From Candidatus Lokiarchaeum ossiferum (GTDB lineage: Archaea > Asgardarchaeota > Lokiarchaeia > Sigyniarchaeales > Promethearchaeaceae), in assembly GCA_025839675.1 (NCBI GenBank), contig CP104013.1, positions 420,001 to 452,000 on the forward strand: 32,000 bases of DNA, read 5' to 3'. Below are positions 31,791 through 32,000 of the stretch, one piece after another. The notes beneath the pieces were generated by a model, which worked only from the letters and a program-made list of their open reading frames with translations, was not told where the DNA came from and ran no database searches. Position 1 is the stretch's first letter; the number at the start of each line of letters is the position of its first letter. The position numbers and the translations under genes are program-made.

Positions 31791-32000
31791 ATGAGTAATA
31801 TAACTGATAATGGTGAAAATTCGGAAGACATAGTCGATGTTCTTCAATATCAAGAAGAATTAGAATTAGATGATGAAGAAATTGAAGAGATAACACATAA
31901 TCAAGAACAAAATAAAACGGTTTTATACATAACAATAACATTACAACCCGAAACCGAATTGAAATATACACGCGCATATCTATGTTTAAAAAAAGTTCGA
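31791..32000 (+). CDS. Partial ORF (runs off the window): acidic N-terminus followed by a CheA-P2-like beta-alpha segment
   Basis: ATG at 31791, 18 nt after the cheW stop, open to nt 32000 (70 codons, no stop). 'LYITITLQPETELKYTRAYLCLKKV' resembles the P2-region pattern I recall from Thermotoga and Bacillus CheA ('FYIKVILKEGTQLKSARIYLVFHKL'). No HPt (P1) domain precedes it. Confidence 0.35.
   Translation, partial: MSNITDNGENSEDIVDVLQYQEELELDDEEIEEITHNQEQNKTVLYITITLQPETELKYTRAYLCLKKVR

Overview
This window is AT-rich (roughly 30% G+C by eye), densely coding, and looks archaeal. The support is a DUF46/CarS-type CDP-archaeol synthase, an Lrp/AsnC regulator, A/T TATA-like boxes about 25-30 bp upstream of start codons, and oligo-T tracts after operon ends. 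I can support about 31 protein-coding genes. I found no rRNA, tRNA, CRISPR array, transposase or integrase.

Gene order, left to right:
- Three membrane proteins, one of them GT-C/DUF2029-like.
- An NTF2-like/SDR/CrtI-like oxidoreductase operon.
- A solitary SPPY-type DNA methyltransferase.
- carS, an MBL-fold hydrolase and a long class-V PLP enzyme.
- A glycyl-radical-enzyme (GRE) island: an Lrp-TetR-'ATC-hydrolase-like'-'ProC-like' operon converging on a GRE, its activase and a tandem PNPOx-like protein. A perfect inverted repeat lies upstream of the GRE.
- An orphan 206-aa gene overlapping the end of a heterodimeric ABC exporter.
- A chemotaxis-type cluster: cheY, a cheC-like gene, then cheW and a CheA-P2-like ORF fragment. 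It is interrupted by about 5.7 kb of uncharacterised content.

The uncharacterised content in the chemotaxis cluster is two tandem paralogs with a conserved CX2CX3H-X21-H signature, a 380-aa orphan, a TPR protein, a 600-bp noncoding gap full of TTGTCGAA repeats, a G+C-rich mini-ORF and a longin/roadblock-like protein.

My best candidate for an undescribed system is this che-embedded module. The second candidate is the GRE island, which may act on a cyclic imino acid. All functional calls rest on motifs I read in the translations. No database search was possible.
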